DNA of 64,000 nt from Candidatus Nanoarchaeia archaeon (GTDB taxonomy: Archaea; Nanobdellota; Nanobdellia; Woesearchaeales; GW2011-AR9), in assembly GCA_035290865.1 (NCBI GenBank), contig DATDTM010000047.1:14127-78126 (forward strand), in the 5' to 3' direction. Below the pieces are notes generated by a model. The model was not told the origin of the DNA and ran no database searches. It saw nothing but the letters and a program-made list of their open reading frames with translations. Shown piece after piece: positions 45,525 through 57,300 of this stretch; positions within the stretch are counted from its first letter, which is position 1, and each line of letters opens with the position of its first letter. The position numbers and the translations under genes were made by a program.

Positions 45525-46433
45525 TCAATAAATCTTCTTGATCCAAGTACCTAAAACTAATTGGTACTGTAAACTTTGTTCATATTCATAACTTAAATCC
45601 AAAGTTAAGGTAGTCATATAAGAATCCTGCCCTTTCAGGTAAGTCTCGCAGATCAAAAGCGCTTCCTGTTTTTGGTCAGTAAAGACGAATTTGGTTTCCT
45701 CATTGACAAAATTCTGAAAAGCACATTTCAGAAAATCTTCTCCCCCCAGCTGGGCTTGATTTAATTTCAGATAGCCGATTTTACTATTACTTCCGCTCCA
45801 ACTGCCTCCCCCGTTATTTCGCAGATAGAACCTAAATTCCGCTTTAGTTCCTCCAGCTAAGGGCATCACAATCTCTTCCATCTCTGAGACTGCTACTGGC
45901 GCGCCTTGGCCGGAATAAGATTTCTCCTCCTCCACTTTACAGCCGGAATCATAAACTTCATAAAGATTAGGGTTCAGACAGACTGAATCTGCAAATTCTA
46001 AAGTAGATTCATAGCTAGCTTTAACAAAAAAAGTATTGGAGTATTTTTCTGCATTTCCATATAAAGATCCGGCCAGACCATTAAACTCTAAAAAAGCTTT
46101 ATCCCCGGAAGGATTAATCAGACTTCTCCCCCCTAACTGATTGAAGGGCTGCTCAGTTGGATTAATCTGAAAATAACGATCATCTAAACCCACAATGCGC
46201 ACTTTTCCGTTGATTAAGTCATAAGCTGCTTGATTATCTAATTTAACTATCAGCTTGAATTCTGAATTAGGATACATTTTTTCCGGAGGAGCATTTTCCA
46301 GAAAGCTTAATTGTAATCCTCCATAACCTTGCTTGAAGTTATAAGTAGTTTGTTTTTCTCCGGGAGAGTCGCAGCTGAGGAGAAGGAAAGAAAAAACAAG
46401 TAAAGTAAAGTAAATCATTAGTTTAATTTTCAT
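45525..46433 (-). CDS. secreted lipoprotein-like protein, paralog family 1
   Basis: LLLSCDSP lipobox; clear similarity to the 16064 and 17961 products. Confidence 0.5.
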   Translation of the reverse strand: MKIKLMIYFTLLVFSFLLLSCDSPGEKQTTYNFKQGYGGLQLSFLENAPPEKMYPNSEFKLIVKLDNQAAYDLINGKVRIVGLDDRYFQINPTEQPFNQLGGRSLINPSGDKAFLEFNGLAGSLYGNAEKYSNTFFVKASYESTLEFADSVCLNPNLYEVYDSGCKVEEEKSYSGQGAPVAVSEMEEIVMPLAGGTKAEFRFYLRNNGGGSWSGSNSKIGYLKLNQAQLGGEDFLKCAFQNFVNEETKFVFTDQKQEALLICETYLKGQDSYMTTLTLDLSYEYEQSLQYQLVLGTWIKKIY

Positions 46434-48349
46434 TCTATATTCCCCACAATTTGTTCCAAATCTGAATCTGTTCCTGTTGTTCCATTAGCCATTACTGTTT
46501 TCTGACCTGAAGAAGAGTAAGTATGTTCAACAAATATAAATATGTTTTCATTTAAAGTTAAATTAGTTGGTAAAGTACTTTGAACAACATTTTCACTGGT
46601 ATCGAAAAACCAGTTAAAAGTATTGGGGTAAATAGCCACATTTCTCATAAAGAAACGGAAAGCTGAATAATGAGATTGGTTAGTAAAGAGTAAAGAGGTA
46701 TTGTAAATATCTACTTCCAAAAGCCCATCTACTGCAAAACTGCTGAAAGAAGTAGTATTAAACAATAATACGCCATTAGTATAACTAAATAAAGCACAAG
46801 AAGTACCTAAACAATTAGCCCCATTATTAACTATTTCCAAGCTATCTGTATTATAACCCCCCTGTCTCTTAATTTGGTCTACAAATCCAAAGTTTAAATT
46901 CTTTAAAGTGAAATTTGCGCTAGAGTTTATCTTAGAGTTACTGCCAAAAGCAGAGGTATTCAAAGCAATAGTATTATTCCCGATAAAGAGATTATATCCT
47001 AAACCAATTTCTCCGTCCAGATCCATATCTTTCAAAAGACCATTATCACTAGTATTAATCCATCTAATTTCCCCATAAGAATTATTGTAGACTAAATAGT
47101 TAATATAACCGCTTCCAGTAAGGTCATAAATCTCTGGGGTATTAATATAATTAGCAGAGAGATGGTTATTTAAAAGAAGATTATCTCCTGAATTCATTCT
47201 TAAATAAATTCCGTAACCGCCGTTTCCGGTAGTAATGATGGTATTATTGTTTAAAATATTAAAATTAGAAGCAGTTCTTAATTCAATCCCTGGTGCGCCG
47301 ACAGCACCGGTAGTAACAACATTGTTGGATAAACTGCTAGAGGAAGAATTCATCAATCTGATACCATTAGCAGTGCTGCCGCTAGTAGTAACATTGTTCC
47401 CAAAGATATTTGTAAAATCAGATTGATTGTTTAAAAACATACCATTACTTAAAGCACTAATTATAGTAATAGTATTATTCAGAATTGTTCCGTTCGCAGC
47501 ATGATTAAAATAAACTCCGTGCTTATAAGAAGTAGAAATATTGCCCTCCTGGATGTTACAATTCTTAATCGTAACATTATCAAAACCGATATTTCCCACC
47601 CCATAACCTAAAGTTCCGCCAATAGAATAATTAATTAAATAACCCTTACAATCTAAAACAATGTTATTAACGCCAATAGTAAAACAAGTTCCACTGGAAT
47701 TAATCTTCTGGGTTAAAGTATAAATTGCCCCCGTTGTATCTAAAGTTCCGCATGCAGACTGGTCTGGATCAATATATGCTTGAAAGTTCTGTCCGGAGAG
47801 GGAAAAAGTAAATTGATTATCGCTATATTTAGGAGCCTCGTAAGATATTTTTATTGCAAAAGGTTTGCTGGTATCTATTTGTGCAGGAGTTTTAGTGAAA
47901 CCATAAAACTTTTTCTTAGTAAAAGTATGAATTTGTTCAACTGCTTCTAATTTTCCATCCATACCTTCTTGGACAATTATATCTGTGTAAGTTTCAGGGA
48001 CAAGATTAAATTGATTTGAGTACATTACAGTTTTGTTTTTGATCACTTCTTTTTCAAAACTAAATTGAATTGCCGGGTTGTTCAGAATTGGCTTAATTGC
48101 ATTCTGATTTTCAATTTCAAAAATGGCTTCGCAACTCTTCCAGCCATCATCTACTGCATCAGGTTTCCAGATGCAGGAGATATACGGTTTAGTAGAAGTA
48201 ATTATATTAGAATAATTAGAATGTTTATAACCAAGATTAAATACTTCCTGTCCTTCAAGAATTACTGCAGGCAGAAAATCTTCTGCTAAAACAAACATGC
48301 TCATCAAAAAAAGAGCAAATACTATTCCAAGATATATTTTCTTTACCAT
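46430..48349 (-). CDS. secreted right-handed parallel beta-helix repeat protein
   Basis: Signal peptide; repeated N/G/T-rich ~22-aa units (GNNVTTSGSTANGIRLMNSS..SNNVVTTGAVGAPGIELR..NNNTIITTGNGGYGIYLR) typical of PbH1 beta-helix repeats. Confidence 0.55.
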   Translation of the reverse strand: MVKKIYLGIVFALFLMSMFVLAEDFLPAVILEGQEVFNLGYKHSNYSNIITSTKPYISCIWKPDAVDDGWKSCEAIFEIENQNAIKPILNNPAIQFSFEKEVIKNKTVMYSNQFNLVPETYTDIIVQEGMDGKLEAVEQIHTFTKKKFYGFTKTPAQIDTSKPFAIKISYEAPKYSDNQFTFSLSGQNFQAYIDPDQSACGTLDTTGAIYTLTQKINSSGTCFTIGVNNIVLDCKGYLINYSIGGTLGYGVGNIGFDNVTIKNCNIQEGNISTSYKHGVYFNHAANGTILNNTITIISALSNGMFLNNQSDFTNIFGNNVTTSGSTANGIRLMNSSSSSLSNNVVTTGAVGAPGIELRTASNFNILNNNTIITTGNGGYGIYLRMNSGDNLLLNNHLSANYINTPEIYDLTGSGYINYLVYNNSYGEIRWINTSDNGLLKDMDLDGEIGLGYNLFIGNNTIALNTSAFGSNSKINSSANFTLKNLNFGFVDQIKRQGGYNTDSLEIVNNGANCLGTSCALFSYTNGVLLFNTTSFSSFAVDGLLEVDIYNTSLLFTNQSHYSAFRFFMRNVAIYPNTFNWFFDTSENVVQSTLPTNLTLNENIFIFVEHTYSSSGQKTVMANGTTGTDSDLEQIVGNIE

Positions 48350-51300
48350 TTTGTCTGGTTGATTAAAGTTTCGACTTGTTTACTTATTTCATCTGGAGTT
48401 AAAGTCTGATTTTCCCAGATTACTAAAACATTATTATGTAATCCGACGATATTTGTATAAGCATCGCTTCCGGTGAGGAAATTAAAAACCCAGGTTTGGT
48501 TTCCGGAAATGATTACTTTATCGAATCTTCCGCTTTTCTGGGTATTGTTAAGGTAGCGGACATAGAGCTGTTGGCTAGTATAAGTTTGGTAAGCAATTAA
48601 TATAGAATCAGCAGCACCTTGTTCAATAGCGGTTCTGGCTTCTGATTCATTAGCAGAGATTTTGAAAGTCCAGTTGTAAATTATAAAATTACTTTCTTTA
48701 GCTAAGTCTTTTATCTGGATAGAAAGATCATGTTCTCCCCCAGTCAAAGGAATAGCTGGAGTATAAGTAGTGGTGGTAGTATTGATAAAAGGTGCCACTA
48801 CATCTCCATCAAGTTGTAATATTACTGAAGAAGTATTTACGCCGGAATATGAATCATAATAATTTATTACAATAGTGGGTGTATTATTTCCAACTATAGT
48901 ATTATTAGCTGGAGTAATATTAACTATCTCTGGAGCAAGAGTATCTATCTTAAATACAAAATGAGTTGTATTTCCTAGGTTCCCCACTTTATCTTTAGCT
49001 AGGGAATGAAGATACCAAAATCCATCAGTTAACCCAATAGCATTTTGAGACTGGTTATTTTGGGAAACAGTTCCTCCAATACCAGTGATATTAATTAAAG
49101 AATCCATTGTCCATAAATTCATGATATCTGGGGTGGTTGATTCGTTGTTATTAACTACATAATAATATCCGTAAATGCTTGAATGAATATCTGTTGCTGA
49201 AAAGTTAAAGATAGGAACACTAAGATTATACCAATCATTGTTATTAGGATGCGTGGGCGAAGTTATAGTTATCATACTGGGAGCATCAGAATCTATATAA
49301 ATGTTAACTGGGTTAGACCAAGTGCTATTATGCTGTAAAGCATCCTGAGCATAAATTCGGAATGTATGGCTACCAGAAGTAACATTTACATGATAAGACT
49401 GACTATTTCCTAAACTAAACAAATTCCCATCAAGTTCTCCAACATAACTTACCACTCCGCTGCCTATATCCCCAGGATTAGTCCAAGTATAATAAGGACT
49501 ATTATGTTGGGTCCAATTATCTCCAGAATGCAATTCTTTTATTATAGGCGTACCTGGATTAGAGGTATCAATATATAAACTTACATTTCCGGAATGACCT
49601 AAATTACCGGGATTATCCACTGCCCGAACATAAATAGTATGAACCCCTTCTGTTTGTGGTAGAGTAATAAAAGAAGTATTTAGTCCTATATTGTTCCAAC
49701 TTCCAGCGTCAATCCGGTACTCGTAATGGTTAATTCCATTAGTGTCCTCCACTGGATTCCATGAGATTGTATGGATATTTTGAGTACTCCAATTATTTGG
49801 AGAGGAACTTAAAACTGGTGCTAACGGAGGGATTACATCTCCCACAAAGATACTTTTAGTATAAATGTTATTAGACTCATTTGACTCAATAATAATATTA
49901 TAATAATCCGCATTAATTGTAATGGTGTGATTACTATAAGTAGAATTCCAGCTAAAATAGGTAGAGTTAGTAGAAGATTTGGTTACAGATAAGTTCTGTT
50001 CTTGAACATTACTATTTACTGTAAATCTTACCACAAAATTATTGGCATCTGTACCTCCTTCGTTACGGATAATTATATTTACTCCTAAAACCTCTGGTTC
50101 AGCTGGATTTAGCGGGGTTTGAATAATATCACTTGCATCTAAAGTTAAGTCTGCTTCTGCAGGATTAATCGTTATCGGTTGCTGTCTATTGTCTTTTAAA
50201 TCGGAAACATCTGTTGCTGTAACATTAATCTGATAAAACCCTGGTGCTGCAGGAGCAGTAGTAAACCCCTCATATAAATCAGAAGAAGAATTGTAAGTTA
50301 ATAAAATAAGAACATTATTAACCGTTGCATTCACTGTACTAACATTAAGATTATCAGTTACGTTCACTTTTAAAGACAAGTTAGCATTAACATAACTAGT
50401 ATCAACAATGATAATCTCGTTAATCTGGGAAGTTGTTTTATCCTTCACAAGAACAGATAAGTTTAATTCATTGTTATTTTCGTCTGATTCAGTGATATTA
50501 CCTAATGGGTCTACTCTAAGGGTTAAAAGATGTTGGCCGTAATATGCAGGCCATAAGAAATAAGCGGTATTACTTGCATCTGAAAGAATATTTAAGCTTT
50601 TGTTTTGATATAATATGCTGTCAACAAACAATTCCAAAGTGAAATTATTTACTCCAGTCCCACCATCGTTATGAACAATCACGGAAAGATTGGTTAATGT
50701 TCCGTCAGTAAGAGGAAGCGGAAAGAGATGAATATCATTGCTAAATAAAGTTAAATCCGGGATTGTTGAGTAAATTTCAAGCGATATTTTTTTCGTTGTC
50801 GCTAGGCCGTTAATATCTTTAGCCGTGATAATTAACTCGTAAATTCCTGCATTAGGTGCAGTAAAAGTATTTTCGTATAAAGCGGAGGTAGAGTTATAAT
50901 CTAATACTAAAGTAGTATTACTAATTGTAGCTGTTACTACGCTAATATTAACATTATCAGCTATATTTACTTTAATTGTGGATGGAGTTCCTTCTACGGA
51001 ACCATGCAGAATTTCGCCTATAATGGGGGGAGTAACATCAAGAATAGAAATATTAATACTTGCTTCATTATTTAACTCGTTTGCTTCAGAAATTATATTA
51101 GAGGCATCAGTCTTAATCGTAATGCTATGATTCCCATAAGTTGTTGTCCAGTTAAATTGCGTAGAACTATTTGATTGGTTCGCTATCGATAAAGTTTTAC
51201 TCTGATCAGAGATGTCATCAATTAATAGTTCAACAATAAAATTATTTGCTGGTTGATCACCTTTATTGTAAACTGTTGCATTGAAAATTAACAACTGATT

Positions 51301-54300
51301 TTCATACAACACTTTTTGATCGTAATGGATATCGCTAGAAGTCAAAGTCAAATCCGGGTCCTCACTATGAATTGAAAGACCACCAGTAGATTCTGTAGCC
51401 CCCGACGTAGAATTAGTGGCGGTTAAATTAACCCAATCACTAGCCATCACGTAAAGAGTATATTCTCCAGGACTACTTGGAGCAATTAGAACTCCTTCGT
51501 ACCATCCGGAAATCTGATTATAAGTTAGAGTTATTGATTGAGTTGAGAAAGTAGCATTAACTTTAGTTAAATTAATATTATCAGTGGCATTAACTTTAAC
51601 AGTAAGATTACTGCTTACATTAGCGGGGTTAGGAATAATGATAAGGTTGTGAATCTTCGGAGAGATATTATCTGAAACGGAAAAATCGACAATGATATCT
51701 GAAAGATGGATAATGCCCTTACTAGACGTAGTGAAATTCAAAGGGACAAGACAATTATTGTTCTGGTCCGGGGTACAAATAGCTAGGTAATCATTAATCG
51801 CAGTAATGTTCAGATCAACTTCTTGCGGTGAATTTGATTCATCCAAAGTTCCAGCGTATTGATAATCAATAGTTCCATCATTTCCTGTATCTTCATCTAT
51901 GCTGGTTGGATATCCAAAAGTAATGAAGAAATTATCATAATCGACGTAACTGATATTATCATTTTGATAAGCAGGACAATAAGTAAAGTTCAGATTTGTG
52001 TCTAAAGTGGTATCGTTTCCTATTGTAATCTCCGAAGCACTACAGAATACATAAACTTTATCTTCAATATCAGAATTGTTAAATATTCCTAATCTATTTT
52101 CATTACCAGTTAAAGCAAATTTATGAAAGTTATATGCTGGAGAAAGCCCGCTGTATAACACATCATCAAAAGAGATACTATTTGAAACATTCCAAAGATG
52201 TTCACTGATTGAAGCTGAACCTTCATTACCACCTCCCAAACAAGACCCACCACAGGAGTTACAGCCACCACTGCTACCTCCATTACCTTTATCTCCATTA
52301 AAAGTAGTGATGTTTTTTGTTTTGACTTCTGTTGCAGTAAATATAGAATGCGATTTTTCAGCGTTAACTCCATTACCACCTTGACAATTCCAACCAGCAT
52401 CATTACTATCAGAAGCCCCTCCATTGCCCCCATTACCACCATAATAATTTAAACTGGTTGAATTAATGATGATAATAGATGATGATTTATTTCCATAGAG
52501 ATAAATAGTGCCACGACCCCCAATGCCTCCATTTCCTCCAATAACCGTTCCAGTATTAACACAAGAACCTCCGGTTTGATAAGCATGTCCCCCATTCCCT
52601 CCTTTTCCCCCGTAAGAATTAAGAACTGAATTATCAATTTTTAAGTTATTTTTGATGTAAAGTTCTATTTTCCCCTCATATCCATTCCCTCCGTTATCCC
52701 CATAATGAGTTCCATCAGAAGGGCAAGTTTCCTCAAAATCAGAACCTTGAGAACCTTGGTTACCATACCCATTAAGTGTTGCATTTGTAATATTGATCCA
52801 TCCGTAGGTGGTATTTAACCGGATTAAACCGGGTGACCCTTGGCCATTAATTATTGTATCATGCACCCAAATAGAAGCATTATTTGTGTCGATGTAATTA
52901 CCGGAAAGAGTGCCATTACAATTAATAATATTTCCTTCAACCTCAACGCAGCCAGAGATTGCCGTGGGATCTAAGACAAAAGTATATCCTAACAGATTAA
53001 GAGTAACATTAAACTTAAATTCTTCTGCACCAATGGGAATATCTTCCAGACTATAATCTAATAACTCGCTTTTATTGACGGTTAAGTCTAAAGTATCTTT
53101 GATATTTCTCTCTTTAAAACTATATCTTTTAGAATTATCTAAACTGATATTAAAGTCTGTCTCACCAAGATTAAATAAAGTATTAGTAATATTTATTCGG
53201 ATTATACAGTTCTGTAAACAATGATAATATTCCTGGTCTGTTTCTATCTTTAGATACTGGCTGAGATCAGCAGAATTTCTATAGATTATCTCTTTACCAC
53301 TCAGCTGGACTGCATTAAAATTTAAGTGAGCAAAGCTAATGTTCTTTTGTTTATTTCCCTCAGCAAAACCGGGGTCTTCTTTAGTTAAGACAAACGAATA
53401 TTCTTCACCTATAGTTAAATTCATTAATTCCTGCCATGTTCCTAAACATTGGCTATTAGAGAAATCCCATTCTTTGCATTTGTAAAGAGTTTCCCCTTCT
53501 GCGATGGAAGTAATCCTCACAGAATCAAATTCCAAATTTTCAGGGTTAACGGCATAAACGTCTTTAAATTCTAAGTCTTCAAAAGAATCTATTTTTGGAT
53601 AGCTTAAACCCAATTCTTCATTCTCATTAAGTCTTATATTTTTAAATTCAATCTTAATCTCTGGGTTATCTTCTGGAATAATAGTTAAGTTATAAACCAC
53701 ATTTTCAGGTTCATCTTCTAGCTCATCTTTAGAATATAGACTAAAACCAATTAATTCTCCATTCTCATCTTTAACTTTAAATTTATATTTTAGAGGAGTT
53801 TTATCTATTGGTTTTTGATTAATTTTAATTTCTAAATTAACTGAATTTGGAGAGATTACTTCATCTCCGGAATAATTTGCAATAATAGTATAAAATCCTG
53901 GAATTCTACTAAATGTATCCCAGTTTATTTCTGCTTTCCCTCCAATATCAGTAATATCTGAACCCAAATACTCATCTGCATAAAAGTCTATTTTTTGGTC
54001 TGGAATCGGGGTTTGATTATTATCCTTCAGGAAAGCTTGGATATTAATTATCTCCCCAACAATAGCAGTTAGTTTATCTATTATTAAAGTTAACGCAGTG
54101 GAGATACTAGTGGATTCATATATTGGTTCAGCCTCATTAATGGGCAACCCCAGGGGTAGATTAATAATTGCTCCTGTTGGAGTCTGAATAGAACCATTTA
54201 CTGATTGAGTAACATTTTCCTCTAACTGATTCTCAATAGGAGTTAGATTTGTTGATAGTTCTTCACTTTCTACCGGAATTCCAAGAGTATTATTTACTGT

Positions 54301-54384
54301 TTGAGAATCATTTTCCAAAGCAAGGACTAAAGTTAAAAATAGTAAAAACGATCCAAAAATAATAATTCTTTTTTTCTCTATCAA
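48343..54384 (-). CDS. giant (2013 aa) cell-surface protein with Gly-rich, Ig-like, CARDB and FN3-like modules
   Basis: Signal peptide; GGNGGNG/GGKGGNGG glycine-rich block; three CARDB-like repeats (LTLTSSDIHYDQ...PANNFIVELLID, LTLFSNDIHLFP...GVNNFTLELFVD, LTLDASDIIQTP...DANNFVVRFTV); FN3-like PPLAPVLSSSPNNW...HYEYRIDAGSW. Confidence 0.7.
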   Translation of the reverse strand: MIEKKRIIIFGSFLLFLTLVLALENDSQTVNNTLGIPVESEELSTNLTPIENQLEENVTQSVNGSIQTPTGAIINLPLGLPINEAEPIYESTSISTALTLIIDKLTAIVGEIINIQAFLKDNNQTPIPDQKIDFYADEYLGSDITDIGGKAEINWDTFSRIPGFYTIIANYSGDEVISPNSVNLEIKINQKPIDKTPLKYKFKVKDENGELIGFSLYSKDELEDEPENVVYNLTIIPEDNPEIKIEFKNIRLNENEELGLSYPKIDSFEDLEFKDVYAVNPENLEFDSVRITSIAEGETLYKCKEWDFSNSQCLGTWQELMNLTIGEEYSFVLTKEDPGFAEGNKQKNISFAHLNFNAVQLSGKEIIYRNSADLSQYLKIETDQEYYHCLQNCIIRINITNTLFNLGETDFNISLDNSKRYSFKERNIKDTLDLTVNKSELLDYSLEDIPIGAEEFKFNVTLNLLGYTFVLDPTAISGCVEVEGNIINCNGTLSGNYIDTNNASIWVHDTIINGQGSPGLIRLNTTYGWINITNATLNGYGNQGSQGSDFEETCPSDGTHYGDNGGNGYEGKIELYIKNNLKIDNSVLNSYGGKGGNGGHAYQTGGSCVNTGTVIGGNGGIGGRGTIYLYGNKSSSIIIINSTSLNYYGGNGGNGGASDSNDAGWNCQGGNGVNAEKSHSIFTATEVKTKNITTFNGDKGNGGSSGGCNSCGGSCLGGGNEGSASISEHLWNVSNSISFDDVLYSGLSPAYNFHKFALTGNENRLGIFNNSDIEDKVYVFCSASEITIGNDTTLDTNLNFTYCPAYQNDNISYVDYDNFFITFGYPTSIDEDTGNDGTIDYQYAGTLDESNSPQEVDLNITAINDYLAICTPDQNNNCLVPLNFTTSSKGIIHLSDIIVDFSVSDNISPKIHNLIIIPNPANVSSNLTVKVNATDNINLTKVNATFSTQSITLTYNQISGWYEGVLIAPSSPGEYTLYVMASDWVNLTATNSTSGATESTGGLSIHSEDPDLTLTSSDIHYDQKVLYENQLLIFNATVYNKGDQPANNFIVELLIDDISDQSKTLSIANQSNSSTQFNWTTTYGNHSITIKTDASNIISEANELNNEASINISILDVTPPIIGEILHGSVEGTPSTIKVNIADNVNISVVTATISNTTLVLDYNSTSALYENTFTAPNAGIYELIITAKDINGLATTKKISLEIYSTIPDLTLFSNDIHLFPLPLTDGTLTNLSVIVHNDGGTGVNNFTLELFVDSILYQNKSLNILSDASNTAYFLWPAYYGQHLLTLRVDPLGNITESDENNNELNLSVLVKDKTTSQINEIIIVDTSYVNANLSLKVNVTDNLNVSTVNATVNNVLILLTYNSSSDLYEGFTTAPAAPGFYQINVTATDVSDLKDNRQQPITINPAEADLTLDASDIIQTPLNPAEPEVLGVNIIIRNEGGTDANNFVVRFTVNSNVQEQNLSVTKSSTNSTYFSWNSTYSNHTITINADYYNIIIESNESNNIYTKSIFVGDVIPPLAPVLSSSPNNWSTQNIHTISWNPVEDTNGINHYEYRIDAGSWNNIGLNTSFITLPQTEGVHTIYVRAVDNPGNLGHSGNVSLYIDTSNPGTPIIKELHSGDNWTQHNSPYYTWTNPGDIGSGVVSYVGELDGNLFSLGNSQSYHVNVTSGSHTFRIYAQDALQHNSTWSNPVNIYIDSDAPSMITITSPTHPNNNDWYNLSVPIFNFSATDIHSSIYGYYYVVNNNESTTPDIMNLWTMDSLINITGIGGTVSQNNQSQNAIGLTDGFWYLHSLAKDKVGNLGNTTHFVFKIDTLAPEIVNITPANNTIVGNNTPTIVINYYDSYSGVNTSSVILQLDGDVVAPFINTTTTTYTPAIPLTGGEHDLSIQIKDLAKESNFIIYNWTFKISANESEARTAIEQGAADSILIAYQTYTSQQLYVRYLNNTQKSGRFDKVIISGNQTWVFNFLTGSDAYTNIVGLHNNVLVIWENQTLTPDEISKQVETLINQTKW

Positions 54385-57300
54385 TTTTGAACTCCGTATC
54401 CTGAAATATTCAATTTAGCATTAGTAACATTAGCTGTTTTCGGTAATTTAATATAGACCACTTGGCTGCCTGCACCGGCATAAGTAAGATTTTTAATGTA
54501 TGAACCATCTGAAAGCGTAGTAAAGGTTAAACTTCCTGGACCGACAACCGGTATAATTACATTAGCGGTAGAACTTACATTATGGCTATCTGTAGCCTTT
54601 AAAGTAATTTTGTGAAAACCAGAAGAAAGATTGTTTAAAGTAAAAGCGTTCCCGGTCCCGATTACCCCATCACGGTCAGAAATCCAGACTAAAGAATTTC
54701 CGGAAAGATTACCATCTTCATAATCTTGAGCAGTGCCTTCAAAAGTAATGTTCCAGCCTAAAGAATAGACTGAGCCAGGAACTGGAGAAACGATGGTAAC
54801 ATTCGGCGGAGCAGAGATTACAGTTACATTTACAGAGACATTAGCACTTTGGTTATCATTATCTACTGCTGCTAAAATAATTTGATAAGATCCAACTGTA
54901 AAATTAGACCGATTAAATTCTGTCCCCGAACCTAAATTACCATTTAAAGAAGATTTCCAGGACAGAGAATTTCCGACTAAAGAACCGGTTTCAGGATCAG
55001 TTGCTATGCCCTTAAAAGTGAAGAGAACTCCATTAATTATCTGTTGATTATTTGTAGGAGAGATTATCGATACTATCGGTGGTTGAGGCTCTAAAACCAC
55101 AAATTGAGTCTGGTCGAGCCCAGTAAGGCCATAACTATCCATTACTGAAGCAGTAATCAAGTGTGCACCCTGAGATAAGGCTTTAATAAAAGATAAGCCA
55201 GTTCCAAGATACCCATCAAGACTGGAAGTCCAGTTTAATTTTGAAGATAAATCTCCATCATGCGGGTCGGTGGCAGTTCCATTAAAAGTGATGCTGTTTT
55301 CGGTATAATAAAAGGTGGCATTATTTTCTGGTAAAGTAATATTAATTATAGGAGTAGATTCTTCAATAATAATGCTTAGAACACTAACTGCACTTACCTG
55401 GCTAAAGTCGGTGGCATTTAAAGTGAGGTTATGTACCCCAACACTTAAAGAGTTAGTAAAAATGGTTCCGCCGCTACCTAAATAACCGTCGATACTTGAA
55501 GTCCAAATAAGAGCGTTACCCATTATGTTCCCATCTTCAGGGTCTAAAGCTTTACCATCCAAATAAACTGTTGCTCCTTCCGGGAAAGCCTGGCTGTTAG
55601 AGGGAGAATTTATGGTTATTACTGGTGGTTGTGAAGCCAGAACCAAAATAATTACCTGATCAACGTCTTTATTTCCATCAGAATCTTCCACAGTTAAATA
55701 AATAACCTGATCTCCCAAACTAAGGTTAGCATAGATTAAAGAGCCGCTACCAAGATAACCATCTTTACTGGAAGTCCATTCATACAAAGATTCATTTAAA
55801 GATTCATCTTTATAATCCGTGCCATACCCTGTAAGAATAGTTGGCAGATTGACATAAGCTGGTGCCCCGTTAGGTGGAGCGACAATCGAAGTAGTAGGCT
55901 TAGGATTAACCACATTTACTAACTCGTTGATTTGGTTGTTAAGTTCGTTTAGTTCACTGGTAACATCAGTGTAATCAACCTCAACACTAATATTACGTAT
56001 CCCAATAACGGAAAAGTTAGTTAAGATGCTGATTAAAGCAGTTTCGTTGCTGGCAAGATTAGTTATTTCCTTTTCCCCGATCAAATACTGGGCAGTATAA
56101 TCATTGGGAGAAGTATAACTCTCCATATATTTTAATTTAAAATTACTGGCATTAGCCGGCCCCTCATTTCTAACTGCAACTGTAATATTTAGAATTTCAT
56201 TAGCATCCGGGGTTAGGGAAGAAAAGCCTAAGGCAAGAGGAACTAAATCCGGTTTATTGGGGTTTTTTAAAGTGGCAAAGTAAACTGAATTATTTTCTGC
56301 GGCATAAGAATAAAGAGTGGCATTTTCTATCAATTCTGCAGTATGATTGCCTAATTCTCCTTCCACTTCCGGGTTAACCTTAGTTAATTCCACACCGCCA
56401 TAAACTGTATAATCCCACCAATTCCAGCCATTATTATAATACTGGAAAGAGTACAAATATTGCCAGGCTTTGGTTTCATAATAGCTTTGATCAAAGTTTT
56501 TGTAAAGGCCGGAGAGATTGTTAGAATCAATTAGCTTATTGTAAATTATATTTTCTCCCGGCTGCTTTTTATACCATTGAGCTAGGGCAATAGAAGCGTG
56601 GGCTCTTCGCAAGGCTTCATATTTTGGGTCAACATTAACTTTTATTTCAGCTTCAGCCGCAATCTCAGCTAAGCCCGCTTCAAGGTCAGCTTTGAATTGC
56701 GCTAATTCAGCCTGGTAGCCGCCGCCATTTACCCAGACTGCGTCCACTACAGAATTAACTTTTAGGGTGGAATTAGTGATAAATATTTTGCACCCGGTTC
56801 CATTTGCAGTTACGGAATCTGAACTGATCCAGACCCGGGCATAGAAACCAGGCCATTTGCTGGGATCGCCAACAACATTCTCTTCCCAGTTGTTAACCAA
56901 ACTTTCAACTAAATTCTGGCTTTGGCCAAAATGATCCATTTTGAGTTGGACGTCGGCATCAAACATAATCTGGCCTAATTCCGTGTGGGATAAGTTACCA
57001 TCAACTTTAGAAACATCACCCACTTTTCCTGCGAAACCCGGGCCAGGCTTAGTATCCATGGTCACCCACATTTTGTGATTAGGGACAATTAAGCTGGTTA
57101 AGAAAGCGTTAGTAGCTTGGACGGTAGCGTTAGTGATATTGATCAGAACATCAGTTGTGTTAGCTTCTTTTCCTTTCATCACGGCGACAAAACCTTCTTG
57201 AGGATCGCAGGTAGAGATATAGTTGAGATTAGCGGAAGTGAAGTTGATGCCGCCGGTTTTTTCTGCAACGTCTTCAGGGGAAGTGTCTATAAAATTTGTA